DNA of 64,000 bases from an uncultured Thermoleophilia bacterium (GTDB lineage Bacteria > Actinomycetota > Thermoleophilia > UBA2241), in NCBI GenBank assembly GCA_963702475.1, contig CAVPCT010000004.1, forward strand, positions 352,001-416,000, given 5' to 3'. A program made the translations under genes and the position numbers. Below, piece after piece: positions 40,545-52,035 of the stretch. The notes beneath the pieces were generated by a model that did no database searches, had not been told where the DNA came from, and saw nothing but the letters and a program-made list of their open reading frames with translations. Within the stretch, counting starts at the first letter, position 1. Each line of letters opens with the position of its first letter.

Positions 40545-41567
40545 TCAGCTCACCGGCTGCTGCTGCGTGATGCAGTGGACGTTGCCGTCGGCTTCCGCCA
40601 GCTCCATGGTCGGAAGCTGGACGATGCGGCGGCGCGGGAACAGGCGGGCCAGCACGTCCCGCGCGACCTCGTCGGCCGGGTCGCCGAAGCCCGGCAGCAC
40701 GACCGCCCCGTTGGCCACGTAGAAGTTGACGTAGGACGGCGACAGGAGGCGGCCGCGGAGCTCGCGTCGCGCGGGCGACGGCAGCTCCACCACCTCAAGG
40801 CTCCGCCCGCGCGCGTCGCGCGCCCCGCGGAGCCTGGCCAGGTTCGCGGCGAACGCCGCCGCCTGCGGGTCGTCTGGATCGCCGCCGCCCACGGCGACGA
40901 CGACGCCCGGCGCGACGAAGGCGGCGAGGTTGTCAACGTGTCCGCCGGTATTGTCGTGCTCGAGCGCGGCGGCGAGCCACACCACGCGCTCCACGCCGAG
41001 GTAGTCACGCAGCAGCGCCTCGGCCTCCTCGCGCGACAGTCCCGGGTTGCGCCGTGGGTCGAGGACGACCTCCTCAGTGGTGAGGAGCGTGCCGTCGCCG
41101 TCGGTGTGCACGGCTCCGCCCTCCAGGACGAGGGGCGCGGCGAAGCGCCTCGCCCCCAGAAGGTCCAGGATCCGCCGCGCCATGTTGGCCGTGCGGGCGT
41201 ACCGCTCGTAGATGCCGCCGTACGCGTTGAAGCGCCAGTCCACGCCGGCCAGGCCGCCGCGCCCGTCCACGACGAAGGTGGGCGCGGTGTCTCGCGCCCA
41301 GGAGTCGTCGCTGGGAACGACGACCACGTCGACGTCCGTCCCGGACCCGACTGCGAGCGCCTTGCGCGCCTGCGCCACGTGCTCGGCGTTGGCCGTCATC
41401 GTGACGGGCTCGAAGGCGGCGATGGCGCGCGCGACCCGCGCGTACGCCGCGCGCGCCCGCTCGATGTCGTCCCAGTTCTCGGGGCGGCACGGCCACGTCA
41501 TCCAGCAGCCGGCGTGGGGTGCCCATTCGGCCGGCATGATGAAGCCCGCCTCGCGCGGTGTGGTCAC
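40545..41567 (-). CDS. aguA: Agmatine deiminase family protein
   Basis: 'MPAEWAPH', 'DSWARD', 'LEGG', 'GHVD', 'SYVNFY', catalytic 'GNVHCITQQQP'. Confidence 0.92.
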   Translation of the reverse strand: MTTPREAGFIMPAEWAPHAGCWMTWPCRPENWDDIERARAAYARVARAIAAFEPVTMTANAEHVAQARKALAVGSGTDVDVVVVPSDDSWARDTAPTFVVDGRGGLAGVDWRFNAYGGIYERYARTANMARRILDLLGARRFAAPLVLEGGAVHTDGDGTLLTTEEVVLDPRRNPGLSREEAEALLRDYLGVERVVWLAAALEHDNTGGHVDNLAAFVAPGVVVAVGGGDPDDPQAAAFAANLARLRGARDARGRSLEVVELPSPARRELRGRLLSPSYVNFYVANGAVVLPGFGDPADEVARDVLARLFPRRRIVQLPTMELAEADGNVHCITQQQPVS

Positions 41568-41742
41568 CAGGATCTCCGTGTCGAGCGGCCGCCCGGGCGA
41601 CTGCCGGCGGCCGCTCCCCGAGCATAGCGCAGCACCTCGGTGAGAGGCGGGACCCGGCGGCCGTGTCTCTCCTCGTCCGGCCTCGCCGGCGACCGCTCGG
41701 TCGCCCATCGTCTAGAGTACACAGGACGGCAAGGAGGCGAGC

Positions 41743-42342
41743 ATGCGTGGCGAGACACAGCTTCTCAGCGCCCGGTCGGTCCGCTGGCTCGACGTGGGCG
41801 TCGTGGTGTGGGTGGTCGTGTGGGCACTGCTCGGCGTCTTCGTGTGGCAGGAGATCACTGCACAGACCCGGCTGCCGGCCGACGTGATCAAGATCGGGTC
41901 GGCCGTGGAGGACACGGGGCAGGCCCTCGGCGTGGTGGGCGGGCTGCCGCTGGTCGGCGACAGGATCGGCTCCTTCGCGGACAGGATCGAGACGCTGGGC
42001 GCCGAGGTGGTGGCGAGCGGCGAGACCAGTCGCGAGGGCATCCGTCGTGTCGCCGTCATCGCCGGCATCGCCGTGGGTGTGTTGCCGGCGGCCATGGCGC
42101 TCTTCCTCTACCTCCCCGTGCGCCTGCGCTGGCGGAGGACGGTCGGGTCGGTGGCAGGCGCCCTCGAGACGTCGTCCGGCGACCCCGCGTTCGAGCAGTA
42201 CCTGGCGCGGCGTGCCATCGACTCTCTGCCCTGGGACGAGCTGCGCGCCGTCACCCCGGACCCGTGGGGGTCGGTGGCCGGCGGCGATTTCCGGGCGCTG
42301 GCCGACGCCGAGCTCACGCGTCTCGGCCTGCGGCGCCCGTAG
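41743..42342 (+). CDS. Hypothetical membrane protein
   Basis: RBS AAGGAGG; two TM segments; 'LARRA...ALADAELTRLGL'. Confidence 0.72.
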   Translation: MRGETQLLSARSVRWLDVGVVVWVVVWALLGVFVWQEITAQTRLPADVIKIGSAVEDTGQALGVVGGLPLVGDRIGSFADRIETLGAEVVASGETSREGIRRVAVIAGIAVGVLPAAMALFLYLPVRLRWRRTVGSVAGALETSSGDPAFEQYLARRAIDSLPWDELRAVTPDPWGSVAGGDFRALADAELTRLGLRRP

Positions 42343-42486
42343 CCCGCCGGGGAGCGGCGCCGAAAGACCGGGCGCCGCGGGCGTTCGGCGCTCCTCGGCG
42401 CGGCGCACGTCCTGGCCGGCGGTCACCGGTGGTAGAGTGCGCCGTGTGCGGCCCCGTCCTGGGGTCCCGCTCGACTGGGAGGCCCG

Positions 42487-44355
<1,869 letters not shown>

Positions 44356-44474
44356 CCTCCCCGCAACACTGCCGACGCTTACGCCGCCGGCCGGCCCGCC
44401 GGTCGTCTCAGTCACACCCGGGACAGCGGGACCTCGAGGGTTTATCCTACGTTGACAGTGGATATGGTGTCACC

Positions 44475-44903
44475 ATGGCCCGGCCTGACCCCACAGTGTT
44501 CCGCCGGAAGACTCGACTCGTGACCACCGCCATGGCGGCTGCGAGCTGCGCCGACCGCCGTCACTACGACTTCTCCAACGAGGTAGCCCCCGGCGTGCGT
44601 CTCGTGCTCAGCGGGACCTCCCGTTGCCCTCTTGCCTTCTCGTTGTGGACCCGTCCCGAGGACATCGCCGAGATCTGCGCCGACGCAGCCGTGCCGGTGG
44701 CGTCGGCGCTGCTCGCGATCGACGGCGCCCAGGCTCGTGCGGCCGCAGACGCCGGTTGCCTCATCGACCTTGACCAGTGTACGAGCAGCCAGGCCGTGCC
44801 CGGCCTGTACTACGTGCTCCTCGGCCAGACCGGCGTGCGACGCATCGGGGATGTGCTCCGTCGTGTCGTCCCGGGAGCATCGACAGGCGTGCTCGCCGCG
44901 TGA
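44475..44903 (+). CDS. Hypothetical protein (probably leaderless)
   Basis: 142-aa frame; -10-like TATGGT ends 6 nt before the ATG; no family recognised. Confidence 0.6.
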   Translation: MARPDPTVFRRKTRLVTTAMAAASCADRRHYDFSNEVAPGVRLVLSGTSRCPLAFSLWTRPEDIAEICADAAVPVASALLAIDGAQARAAADAGCLIDLDQCTSSQAVPGLYYVLLGQTGVRRIGDVLRRVVPGASTGVLAA

Positions 44904-45143
44904 ACCGTCAGACCTGCCCTCCGGCAGCCGCGCGGCCGCGACCCGCGTGTGCTGGGCGCTGCCGCGGCGTACCCGCATCCCATTTCCGTTTCAGTCCAGT
45001 GTCTCGCCGGTATTAACGGTGTCGACCCCACTTGTCGTCACGATGCACATCCGCGTCGCGTCCGCGCAGTAGGCGCAGCCAGACCACACCCAAGAAGGGC
45101 GGCCTGCCGGGTGGCAGCCGCCAGAAGGAGGAACACAGGAGCC

Positions 45144-45689
45144 ATGGCAGAGCCGTTCAAGAACACCCCGCCCGCGCCCGAGGACAAGGGCGCCATGACC
45201 GCACAGAACATCGCCGCCGCGCTCGCCGGGGAGAGCCAGGCGTCGCAGAAGTACCTGGCGTTCGCCGACGTCGCCGACGCCGACGGCTACCCCAACGTCG
45301 CGCGGCTCTTCCGTGCCGTGGCCTACGCCGAGAGCACCCACGCCCGCAACCACCTCAGCGTGCTCGGCAAGATCGGCACCACGGAGGAGAACCTCAAGGC
45401 CGCCTGGGGCGGCGAGACCTTCGAGATCGACGAGATGTACGCCGCCTACGATGCTGTCGCCAAGTTGCAGGGCAACAAGTCCGCGCAGACCACGGTGCGC
45501 TACGCCATGGAAGCGGAGAAGGACCACCAGACTATCTACAACGAGGTCCTTGCGGGCGTGCAGGACAAGCAGGACTGCGCCGCCGTGGCCGTCCGTGTCT
45601 GCCCGATCTGCGGTCACACCGTCCTCGGCGACGCTCCGGATGAGTGCCCCGTGTGCGGCACGGCCGGTGTGTACTTCAAGGACTTCTGA
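45144..45689 (+). CDS. rbr: Rubrerythrin
   Basis: 'AGESQASQKYLAFA', 'AESTHARNH', 'GETFE', 'EKDH', rubredoxin 'CPICGH...CPVC'. Confidence 0.92.
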   Translation: MAEPFKNTPPAPEDKGAMTAQNIAAALAGESQASQKYLAFADVADADGYPNVARLFRAVAYAESTHARNHLSVLGKIGTTEENLKAAWGGETFEIDEMYAAYDAVAKLQGNKSAQTTVRYAMEAEKDHQTIYNEVLAGVQDKQDCAAVAVRVCPICGHTVLGDAPDECPVCGTAGVYFKDF

Positions 45690-45690
45690 G

Positions 45691-46236
45691 ATGGACGAAG
45701 CTTTCGAGAAGCGCCTCCCCAAGCCCGAAGAGCTCAACCCGATGACGGAGGAGAGCCTCAAAGCCGCCTTCGCCGGTGAGAGCCAGGCGGCCGAGAAGTA
45801 CCTTGTGTGGGCCGACCAGGCTGAGGAAGAGGGCTACCCGAACGTCGCCAAGCTCTTCCGTGCCATCTCCTTCGCCGAGACGCGCCACGCGCGCAACCAC
45901 CTGCGCGTGATGGGCGGCATCGGCAGCACCGCCGACAATCTCGCCGCGGCCTTCGGCGGCGAGAGCTTCGAGGTCGACGAGATGTATCCGGCGTATCACG
46001 AGATCGCGAAGCTGCAGGGCAACAACCAGGCCGTACGCAGTGTCAACTACGCGCTCAAGTCGGAGGTCGACCACAAGGGCCAGTACACGGCCGCCCGCGA
46101 GGCCGTGGTGGCCGGCAACGACATCGCCGATACGCAAGTCAACGTGTGCCTCATCTGCGGCCATACGGTGGTCGGCGATGCGCCGGACAAGTGCCCTTAC
46201 TGCGCGGCCTCCAAGGAGTACTACAAGACGTTCTGA
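45691..46236 (+). CDS. rbr: Rubrerythrin (tandem paralog)
   Basis: 'AFAGESQAAEKY', 'AETRHARNH', 'EMYPAY', 'EVDH', 'CLICGH...CPYC'. Confidence 0.92.
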   Translation: MDEAFEKRLPKPEELNPMTEESLKAAFAGESQAAEKYLVWADQAEEEGYPNVAKLFRAISFAETRHARNHLRVMGGIGSTADNLAAAFGGESFEVDEMYPAYHEIAKLQGNNQAVRSVNYALKSEVDHKGQYTAAREAVVAGNDIADTQVNVCLICGHTVVGDAPDKCPYCAASKEYYKTF

Positions 46237-46492
46237 GCGTCTGAAGGGCTGCAGCGGTGGCGGGGCACGCTCCGCTGCACAATGCACGTACGACCGGCCG
46301 CGCCCCGCGTCTGCGGGGCGCGGCCGGCTCGACAGGGATGACGGCCGGGACTGCACCTGCGTGGCCGTGTGGCTGTCGCATGGTGCTGTGTCGAGTGCGG
46401 CACCACGAAAGAGTCCTTAAGGGAGTCCTGACAGCGCCATGATGCCGGGGGGGCGTCGCGCTCGCGAGGGGAGCGGCTCGGCCGGCGGCGGA

Positions 46493-47236
46493 TCAGGGCG
46501 CCGGCGACGCCAGGGAGGACGCGCGCGCCTTGAGCGCGGCCGGGTCGAATCCATCGGCGTACGTCACGCTGAGCTTCTCGATCTGCGCCGACATCCACTT
46601 GTTCCAGATCTGCTGCTGAGCGGCACTCAGCAGGATGCTCCTGATGGTCGCCCTGGCCTTCGCGAACGTCCTGGTCTTCGCGTCCTTGGTGAACTGATCC
46701 TTGTGAGCGTCCCAGTACGCTTTGATCTCCGCAGGCGTGACGCCGGCGCTCTCGGTGACCTTGCTCTGCATCGCCTGGGAGAGCAGCTGCGACTTGATGG
46801 TGTGCTCCAGGAGCGTCTGGGTCATGCCGGACGCCTTGAGCGTGGCGTCGAACTTCTGCTGACCCCCGTAGGAGGCGATCAGCTGCTTGATCTGTCCGTT
46901 GACCTCGGCGTCGCTGACGGCCACGTCGTACTTGGGTGCGCTCTGGATGATGATCTCGTTGCCCACAAGGTACTCGACCATCTTGGCCATGTACTCGTCG
47001 TAGAGCGCCGTGCCTTCTGCGGGAAAGGCCTGGCCCTCGCCCTTGAGCTGTACGGACGCCTGCGCGATGAGCTGCTTGATCTGGTCCGTGGTGATGCTCA
47101 CGTCGCCGACGGTGGCGACGGCGCCGTCGGGGATGTCGCCACCGTCGCCGCTGTTCCCGCAGCCGACCGCCAGGGCGGCGACGAACAGGCTCATCACGAG
47201 TGCCAGCAGCGCGACGGCGGTCGCAGTGCGTTTCAC
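46493..47236 (-). CDS. SurA/PrsA N-terminal-domain lipoprotein lacking a PPIase domain
   Basis: Lipobox 'LAVGC', 'VATVGDVSIT', 'VSDAEV', 'VTPAEIKAYWDAHKDQF'. Confidence 0.75.
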   Translation of the reverse strand: MKRTATAVALLALVMSLFVAALAVGCGNSGDGGDIPDGAVATVGDVSITTDQIKQLIAQASVQLKGEGQAFPAEGTALYDEYMAKMVEYLVGNEIIIQSAPKYDVAVSDAEVNGQIKQLIASYGGQQKFDATLKASGMTQTLLEHTIKSQLLSQAMQSKVTESAGVTPAEIKAYWDAHKDQFTKDAKTRTFAKARATIRSILLSAAQQQIWNKWMSAQIEKLSVTYADGFDPAALKARASSLASPAP

Positions 47237-47428
47237 TTGGCCCACCTCCTTCACGGGAAGGTCGCGGCTTCTTGCCGGAACAGGCAGTGTAGCGCGTCCG
47301 GCCCGAGCGTGCGCGAGCACGCCGTGAACGCAGCCTGGCGATAGCGCGCCGGGCCGCCGCCCGCCGGTCTGCTAGAATCTCCCGGCACCGGCGGGCAGGG
47401 CCCGCCGCATCTCCAGGAGGTCGCCGAC

Positions 47429-47875
47429 GTGGGCTTCAACTTCGGTGTCGGCCGCGAGGCGCCGACATTCACTCTGAGTGTCGCCGACGGCAGCGAGATC
47501 GCGCTCGAGCAGTACCGTCGTGATTGGCTGCCGGTCATCGTCTTCGTCCCCGCCACCGGCGCCGAGGACGCTCTGGCCGCTCTCGCCGCGGCCGCGGACA
47601 CGCTCTGGGGTCTGCGCGGTCAGCTTGTCGGCATCTGCGACGCCGGGCCCGACGAGGTGGCCGCGCTCGCCTCGCAGGTGCCCGGCCTGACCTTCCCCGT
47701 GCTCGCCGACGACGGCGCCGTGGCTCGCGCCTACGGCGCCCTTCGCCCCGACGGCGAGCTTCGCGAGATGGCCTTCATCGTGGACCGCGCCGGCAAGATC
47801 GTGTGGAGCGCGGAGGGCGCCGGCGCTCTCGAGCCCGTGACCATCCTCACGGCGTTCCGGCAGGTCGTACGCTGA
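47429..47875 (+). CDS. AhpC/TSA (peroxiredoxin-fold) protein without peroxidatic Cys
   Basis: 'APTFTL..DGSEIALEQY', 'FPVLADDGAVARAYG', 'FIVDRAGKI'; PxxxTxxC missing. Confidence 0.75.
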   Translation: MGFNFGVGREAPTFTLSVADGSEIALEQYRRDWLPVIVFVPATGAEDALAALAAAADTLWGLRGQLVGICDAGPDEVAALASQVPGLTFPVLADDGAVARAYGALRPDGELREMAFIVDRAGKIVWSAEGAGALEPVTILTAFRQVVR

Positions 47876-47913
47876 CGACCGTTCCGTTCCGGGCTCCCCA
47901 GGGCAACTAGAGC

Positions 47914-48312
47914 GTGAACGCACCCAACAAGGAGCTCATCTCCATGATCGTGGGACAGACAATGTTCAGCGTCCTCAAGGGTACGGAGCATCGCGCCGAG
48001 GCCGCCCTTCAGGAGCTTGCGACGCTGGTGACCGCCGCCCCCGGGCACGGCAGCCACAGGATCCTCCGGTCCTTCGGGATGTCCCCGCTGGCGTCCGGCC
48101 TCCGTCCGGAGGGCCGTGAGGCCGATCTCGGCGACGTGCACTTCATCTTCGAGACCCAGTGGGACTCCCTCGAGGCTCACGACGAGTTCTACGCCGGGGA
48201 CGCAGTGCGGCGCGTCTACGGCACACTGCAGTCCATCCTCACCAGCGGGCCGTTCGAGGTGCTCTACGACGGACTCATCGAAGCGCCTCAGACCGACAAT
48301 GTGGCCATTTAG
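47914..48312 (+). CDS. ABM/dimeric alpha-beta barrel-like protein
   Basis: 'APGH', 'FETQWDSLEAHDEF' ABM-like motif. Confidence 0.65.
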   Translation: MNAPNKELISMIVGQTMFSVLKGTEHRAEAALQELATLVTAAPGHGSHRILRSFGMSPLASGLRPEGREADLGDVHFIFETQWDSLEAHDEFYAGDAVRRVYGTLQSILTSGPFEVLYDGLIEAPQTDNVAI

Positions 48313-48640
48313 CCGGTCCTCCTCGGGCGCCGCCGTCGCCACCATCGACGTGCGGGAGGCGTTCGAGCGCCAGCGCAAGGGGGCGAGACTCATCGACGTG
48401 CGCACGCCGCAGGAGTTCCGCGCCGGTCACCCCAAGGGCGCGCGCAACATCTTGCCGCAGCAGATCGGGAGCGACTCCACCGGGCTGAAGAGAGACGCCG
48501 AGGTGCTGGTCATCTGCGCCAGCGGCCACCGCAGCGCCCGCGCCGCGCGCCAGCTTGCCGGCATGGGGTTCACCAACGTGAGCAACGTGCTCGGGGGCCT
48601 GCACGCCTGGACGGGCGCCGGGCTGCCGGTCAAGAAGTAG
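48299..48640 (+). CDS. Rhodanese-like sulfurtransferase
   Basis: 'LIDVRTPQEFRAGHPKGARNI', active loop 'CASGHRS', 'GGLHAW'. Confidence 0.9.
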   Translation: MWPFSRSSSGAAVATIDVREAFERQRKGARLIDVRTPQEFRAGHPKGARNILPQQIGSDSTGLKRDAEVLVICASGHRSARAARQLAGMGFTNVSNVLGGLHAWTGAGLPVKK

Positions 48641-48866
48641 GGCAGTAGGGCCGTAGGGCTCGGCGGGCGCGTCACGCGCGCCCCGTGGTCATACGGTTCA
48701 GCCGCCCCCCGGCGATCCTCACCGACCCGTCCTCCGCGACGAGGACCGGGACCTGCATCGACCCTTCGCGCTCGCCGACACAAGGGCAGGGACCTGTCTC
48801 CGCGCGCATGCTGGAGCCTGCGCTGACGACTGAGACGGAGGGCGCGAACGGCGCGGTGGCCGGGTC

Positions 48867-51455
48867 TCAGCGGCGGTACAGACGAAGTCCGTTCGCCGTG
48901 ACCAGCAGAGACGTGCCCATGTCGGCGAACACCGCCAGCCACAGGCTCACGAGGCCGAGGGGCGCGAGCACCAGGAACAGGCCCTTGACGGCGATGGAGA
49001 ACACGATGTTCTGCCAGATGATGCGTTTCGTGCGGCGGCCGAGCAGGATGACGTCCGGGACTGCGGTCAGGTCGTCGCCCATCAGGGCGATATCGGCCGT
49101 CTGCAGGGCCGCGTCTGTGCCCGCCGCGCCCATCGCGATACCCAGGGTCGCCGTGGCCAGGGCGGGCGCATCGTTGACGCCGTCGCCGACCATAGCGACC
49201 GCGGCGTACGTGTCGCGCAGGCCGGCGACTGCGGCCACCTTGTCGGCCGGCAGCAGGCCGGCGCGCACGTCGTCCACGCCGGCCTGTGAAGCGATCGCCG
49301 CGGCCGTCTCGGGGTTGTCGCCGGTGAGCATCGTGATGTGTTCCACGCCGAGCGCGCGCAGCCGCGCGACCGCCTCGGCGGCGCCTTCTCGCAGCGGGTC
49401 GCTGACGGCGATCACGCCCAGGGCGCCGTGCTCGTCGCCGACGGCGATGGCCGTCTTGCCTTCGCGTTCGAGGCGCGTGACGGCCGCCACGAGGTGCAGA
49501 TCGGAGGCGTGCGGGCCGAGAAGCTCGGGGCGCCCGACGAAGTACAGGCGCCCTGCCACCTCGGCCCGCACTCCCATGCCCGGGATGGAGCGGAAGCGCT
49601 CGACCGCAAGGCTGTGGCCGTGCCCGGCGTGGTCCTCGGCGATATCCCCGTCATGGGCGTCGTGACTGCCCGCCGGCCCTTCGTCGCAGCAGCTACAGCC
49701 GCTCTCGGCGGCCGGCGTGCCAGCGCCGCAGCCGCAATCGCAGGCCGCGTCCTCGAGTCCAGCGAGCGCGTCCCGCTCCGCCCGCTCGACCACGGCGCGG
49801 GCCAGCGGGTGCTCGCTCAGGCGCTCGAGGGCGGCGGCGATGTCGAGGACCTCGTCCTGTGACGCCCCGTTCAGGGCGACGACGTCCGTGACCTGCGGGC
49901 GTCCGACGGTGAGGGTACCGGTCTTGTCCAGCGCCACGGCGCGCAGGCCAGCAGCCTGTTCGAGATAGACACCGCCCTTGATGAGGATGCCGCTGCGGGT
50001 CGCCCTTGCCAGGGCGGCGAGGATGGTGACGGGGGTGCTGATGACCAGCGCGCACGGGCAGCTGATGATGAGCAGCGCGAGGCCGCGGTAGAACCAGGTG
50101 TCGAAGGAAGCACCCAGCAGCGGCGGTATGAATGCGACCGCCGCCGCCAGCGCGACGACCACGGGGGTGTAGCGGGAGGCGAAGCGGTCCACGACCGTCT
50201 GCGCCGGGGCGCGCTGTGCCTGGGCCTCCTCCACGAGGTGGACGATCCGGGCCACGGTGTTGTCGGAGCCTGCGGTCGTGGCCCGAAGCCGCAGCGTGCC
50301 GCCCTCGATGATGGATCCCGCGAACACCTGGTCGCCGGTCCCTTTGGAGACGGGTCGCGACTCACCGGTGACCTGCGCCTGGTCGGCGGCGGCCTGGCCG
50401 TCGACGACCAGGCCGTCGACCGCCACGCGTTCGCCGGGGCGAGCCAGCACGACGTCGCCGGTGCGCACGTCGGCCACGGGGACGACGGTCTCGTGGCCGT
50501 CGACGACGACTGTCGCCTCGGGCGGCGTGAGCGACATGAGGCCGCTGATGGCGCGGCGTGTACGCTCCAGGGTGTGGACCTGCAGGACCGTGCCGAGGCT
50601 GAAGAGGAAGACCACGAGACCCGCCTCCGACCACTCGCCGATGGCGGCTGCGCCGACGGCGGCGAGCGTCATGAGCACGTTCATGTCCACCTGCCGGGCG
50701 CGGAGGCTGAAGAACGCGGCGCGGGCCACGAAGGCGCCGCCCGCGACCATCGCCGCGGCGAAAAACCACGGCGAGGCCGGCGGCGCCAGTGCCTGGGCCG
50801 CGAACCCGGCCACGATGAGCATGCCGGAGAGCAGGGTGAGCACGGCGCGGCGGTCGCGCAGCCAGAAGCTGCTCCGCGCCGCGCCGGCAGGCACCTCGCC
50901 GGCCGGCGCGCTCGCAGCGCTCGCGGCCTGCGTTCTCTCCACCGTGTCGTACCCGAGCCTTCGGACGGCCGTGTACAGCTTCGCGATGTCTGTCCGCTCC
51001 GGGTCCAGGGTCAGCGCCAGGGTGGCCGCGCCGAAGTTCACGTCGGCCCGGTACACGCCTGGCTCGTGGCGGAGCGCGCCCTGGAGCTTCACGGCGCAGT
51101 CGGCGCAGTCCATGCCGGTCACGTGCAGCATGCGCCGCTCGGCGCCGTCTTCGCCGGGCAGGGGCGCGAGCAGGTCCAGCGCGCCGTGATCGTGCACGGC
51201 GAGCGGGCAGTGCTCGGCGCAGTGGGCCTGGGCGCCGGCGCGGCGCGCGAACGTGCGCACCTCGTCGGCGCTCAGCACGTCCGAGTCGTACTGGACGCGG
51301 AGCAGACCGCGAGGGACGTCCGCATCGAAGGCGTGCACCCCGTCGAGGCGCACCAACTCGCGGCCGACCTCGTCCACACACCGGCCGCACTCCGCTTCGC
51401 GCGGCAGGAGCAGCGCCAGTTCGAGGATCTGCTCGCTCACGCCGATGGGAGTCAC
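48867..51455 (-). CDS. cadA: Heavy-metal P1B-2 ATPase (Zn/Cd/Pb)
   Basis: HMA 'ECGRC' and 'GMDCADC', 'TGES', 'SCPCAL', 'DKTGT', 'SEHP', 'GDGVNDAP', TM 'K' and 'ADMG'. Confidence 0.92.
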   Translation of the reverse strand: MTPIGVSEQILELALLLPREAECGRCVDEVGRELVRLDGVHAFDADVPRGLLRVQYDSDVLSADEVRTFARRAGAQAHCAEHCPLAVHDHGALDLLAPLPGEDGAERRMLHVTGMDCADCAVKLQGALRHEPGVYRADVNFGAATLALTLDPERTDIAKLYTAVRRLGYDTVERTQAASAASAPAGEVPAGAARSSFWLRDRRAVLTLLSGMLIVAGFAAQALAPPASPWFFAAAMVAGGAFVARAAFFSLRARQVDMNVLMTLAAVGAAAIGEWSEAGLVVFLFSLGTVLQVHTLERTRRAISGLMSLTPPEATVVVDGHETVVPVADVRTGDVVLARPGERVAVDGLVVDGQAAADQAQVTGESRPVSKGTGDQVFAGSIIEGGTLRLRATTAGSDNTVARIVHLVEEAQAQRAPAQTVVDRFASRYTPVVVALAAAVAFIPPLLGASFDTWFYRGLALLIISCPCALVISTPVTILAALARATRSGILIKGGVYLEQAAGLRAVALDKTGTLTVGRPQVTDVVALNGASQDEVLDIAAALERLSEHPLARAVVERAERDALAGLEDAACDCGCGAGTPAAESGCSCCDEGPAGSHDAHDGDIAEDHAGHGHSLAVERFRSIPGMGVRAEVAGRLYFVGRPELLGPHASDLHLVAAVTRLEREGKTAIAVGDEHGALGVIAVSDPLREGAAEAVARLRALGVEHITMLTGDNPETAAAIASQAGVDDVRAGLLPADKVAAVAGLRDTYAAVAMVGDGVNDAPALATATLGIAMGAAGTDAALQTADIALMGDDLTAVPDVILLGRRTKRIIWQNIVFSIAVKGLFLVLAPLGLVSLWLAVFADMGTSLLVTANGLRLYRR

Positions 51456-51914
51456 GTCGACCCGCCTTCTCGCCGCTCGCCGCCGCCGCCCGACGCGCCG
51501 GCGGCCGCGGCCGGCTTGACCCAGCCACCGTGCCGCACGTGCTCGCGCGTCATGTCCAGCAGGATCTGGATGTGCTCGTCGTCTGGGGAGTAGAAGACCA
51601 TCTTGCCGCTGCGCCGCGCACGCACCAGACGGTTGGCGCGGAGCACCCGCAGGTGGTGGCTGACGTTTGACTCGCTCATCTCGACCGCAGCGGCGAGGTC
51701 GCACACGCACAGCTCGCCGGCCGCGATGATGGCGTCCAGCAGGCGGCACCGACTCGGGTCGGCAAGTACCTTGAACACCGCGGCCACCGCCGCGGTCTCG
51801 TCCACGCTGCCCAGTCGCGCCCTGACGGCGCGCACCCGCTCGGGGTCGACAACCAGCACGTCGCAGCGATCCAGCCTCTTGCTCGTCTCTGCCGCAGATG
51901 ACCTCGCCGCTCAC
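51452..51914 (-). CDS. ArsR/SmtB metal-sensing repressor (CadC/ZiaR-like); 5' end frameshifted or start at 51859
   Basis: 'FKVLADPSR', 'GELCVCDLA', 'VSHHLRVLR', alpha5-like 'DDEH...EH'; in-frame upstream 'DRCDV'; GTG after AGAAGGA is 1 nt out of frame. Confidence 0.88.
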
Positions 51915-51930
51915 GGGCACTCCTTCTCTG

Positions 51931-51956
51931 AACATATGAACAGACATTCATATGAT
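51931..51956. promoter_or_regulatory. SmtB/ArsR operator
   Basis: CATATGAA-CAGACA-TTCATATG palindrome (TGAA-N6-TTCA core) just upstream of the repressor. Confidence 0.85.
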
Positions 51957-52035
51957 AACGCCTGGAGCGGTGCCGGCAAACACGTTACGCGCACGAGGGG
52001 CCGGCGCCGGGATGCCGCCGCCGGCGGCACCACGG

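Noticed and set aside
51911-51913. In-frame TGA upstream of the ArsR frame as a possible Sec codon
   Set aside because: No SECIS-like hairpin and no upstream start in that frame; a 1-nt indel after the GTG start explains it better
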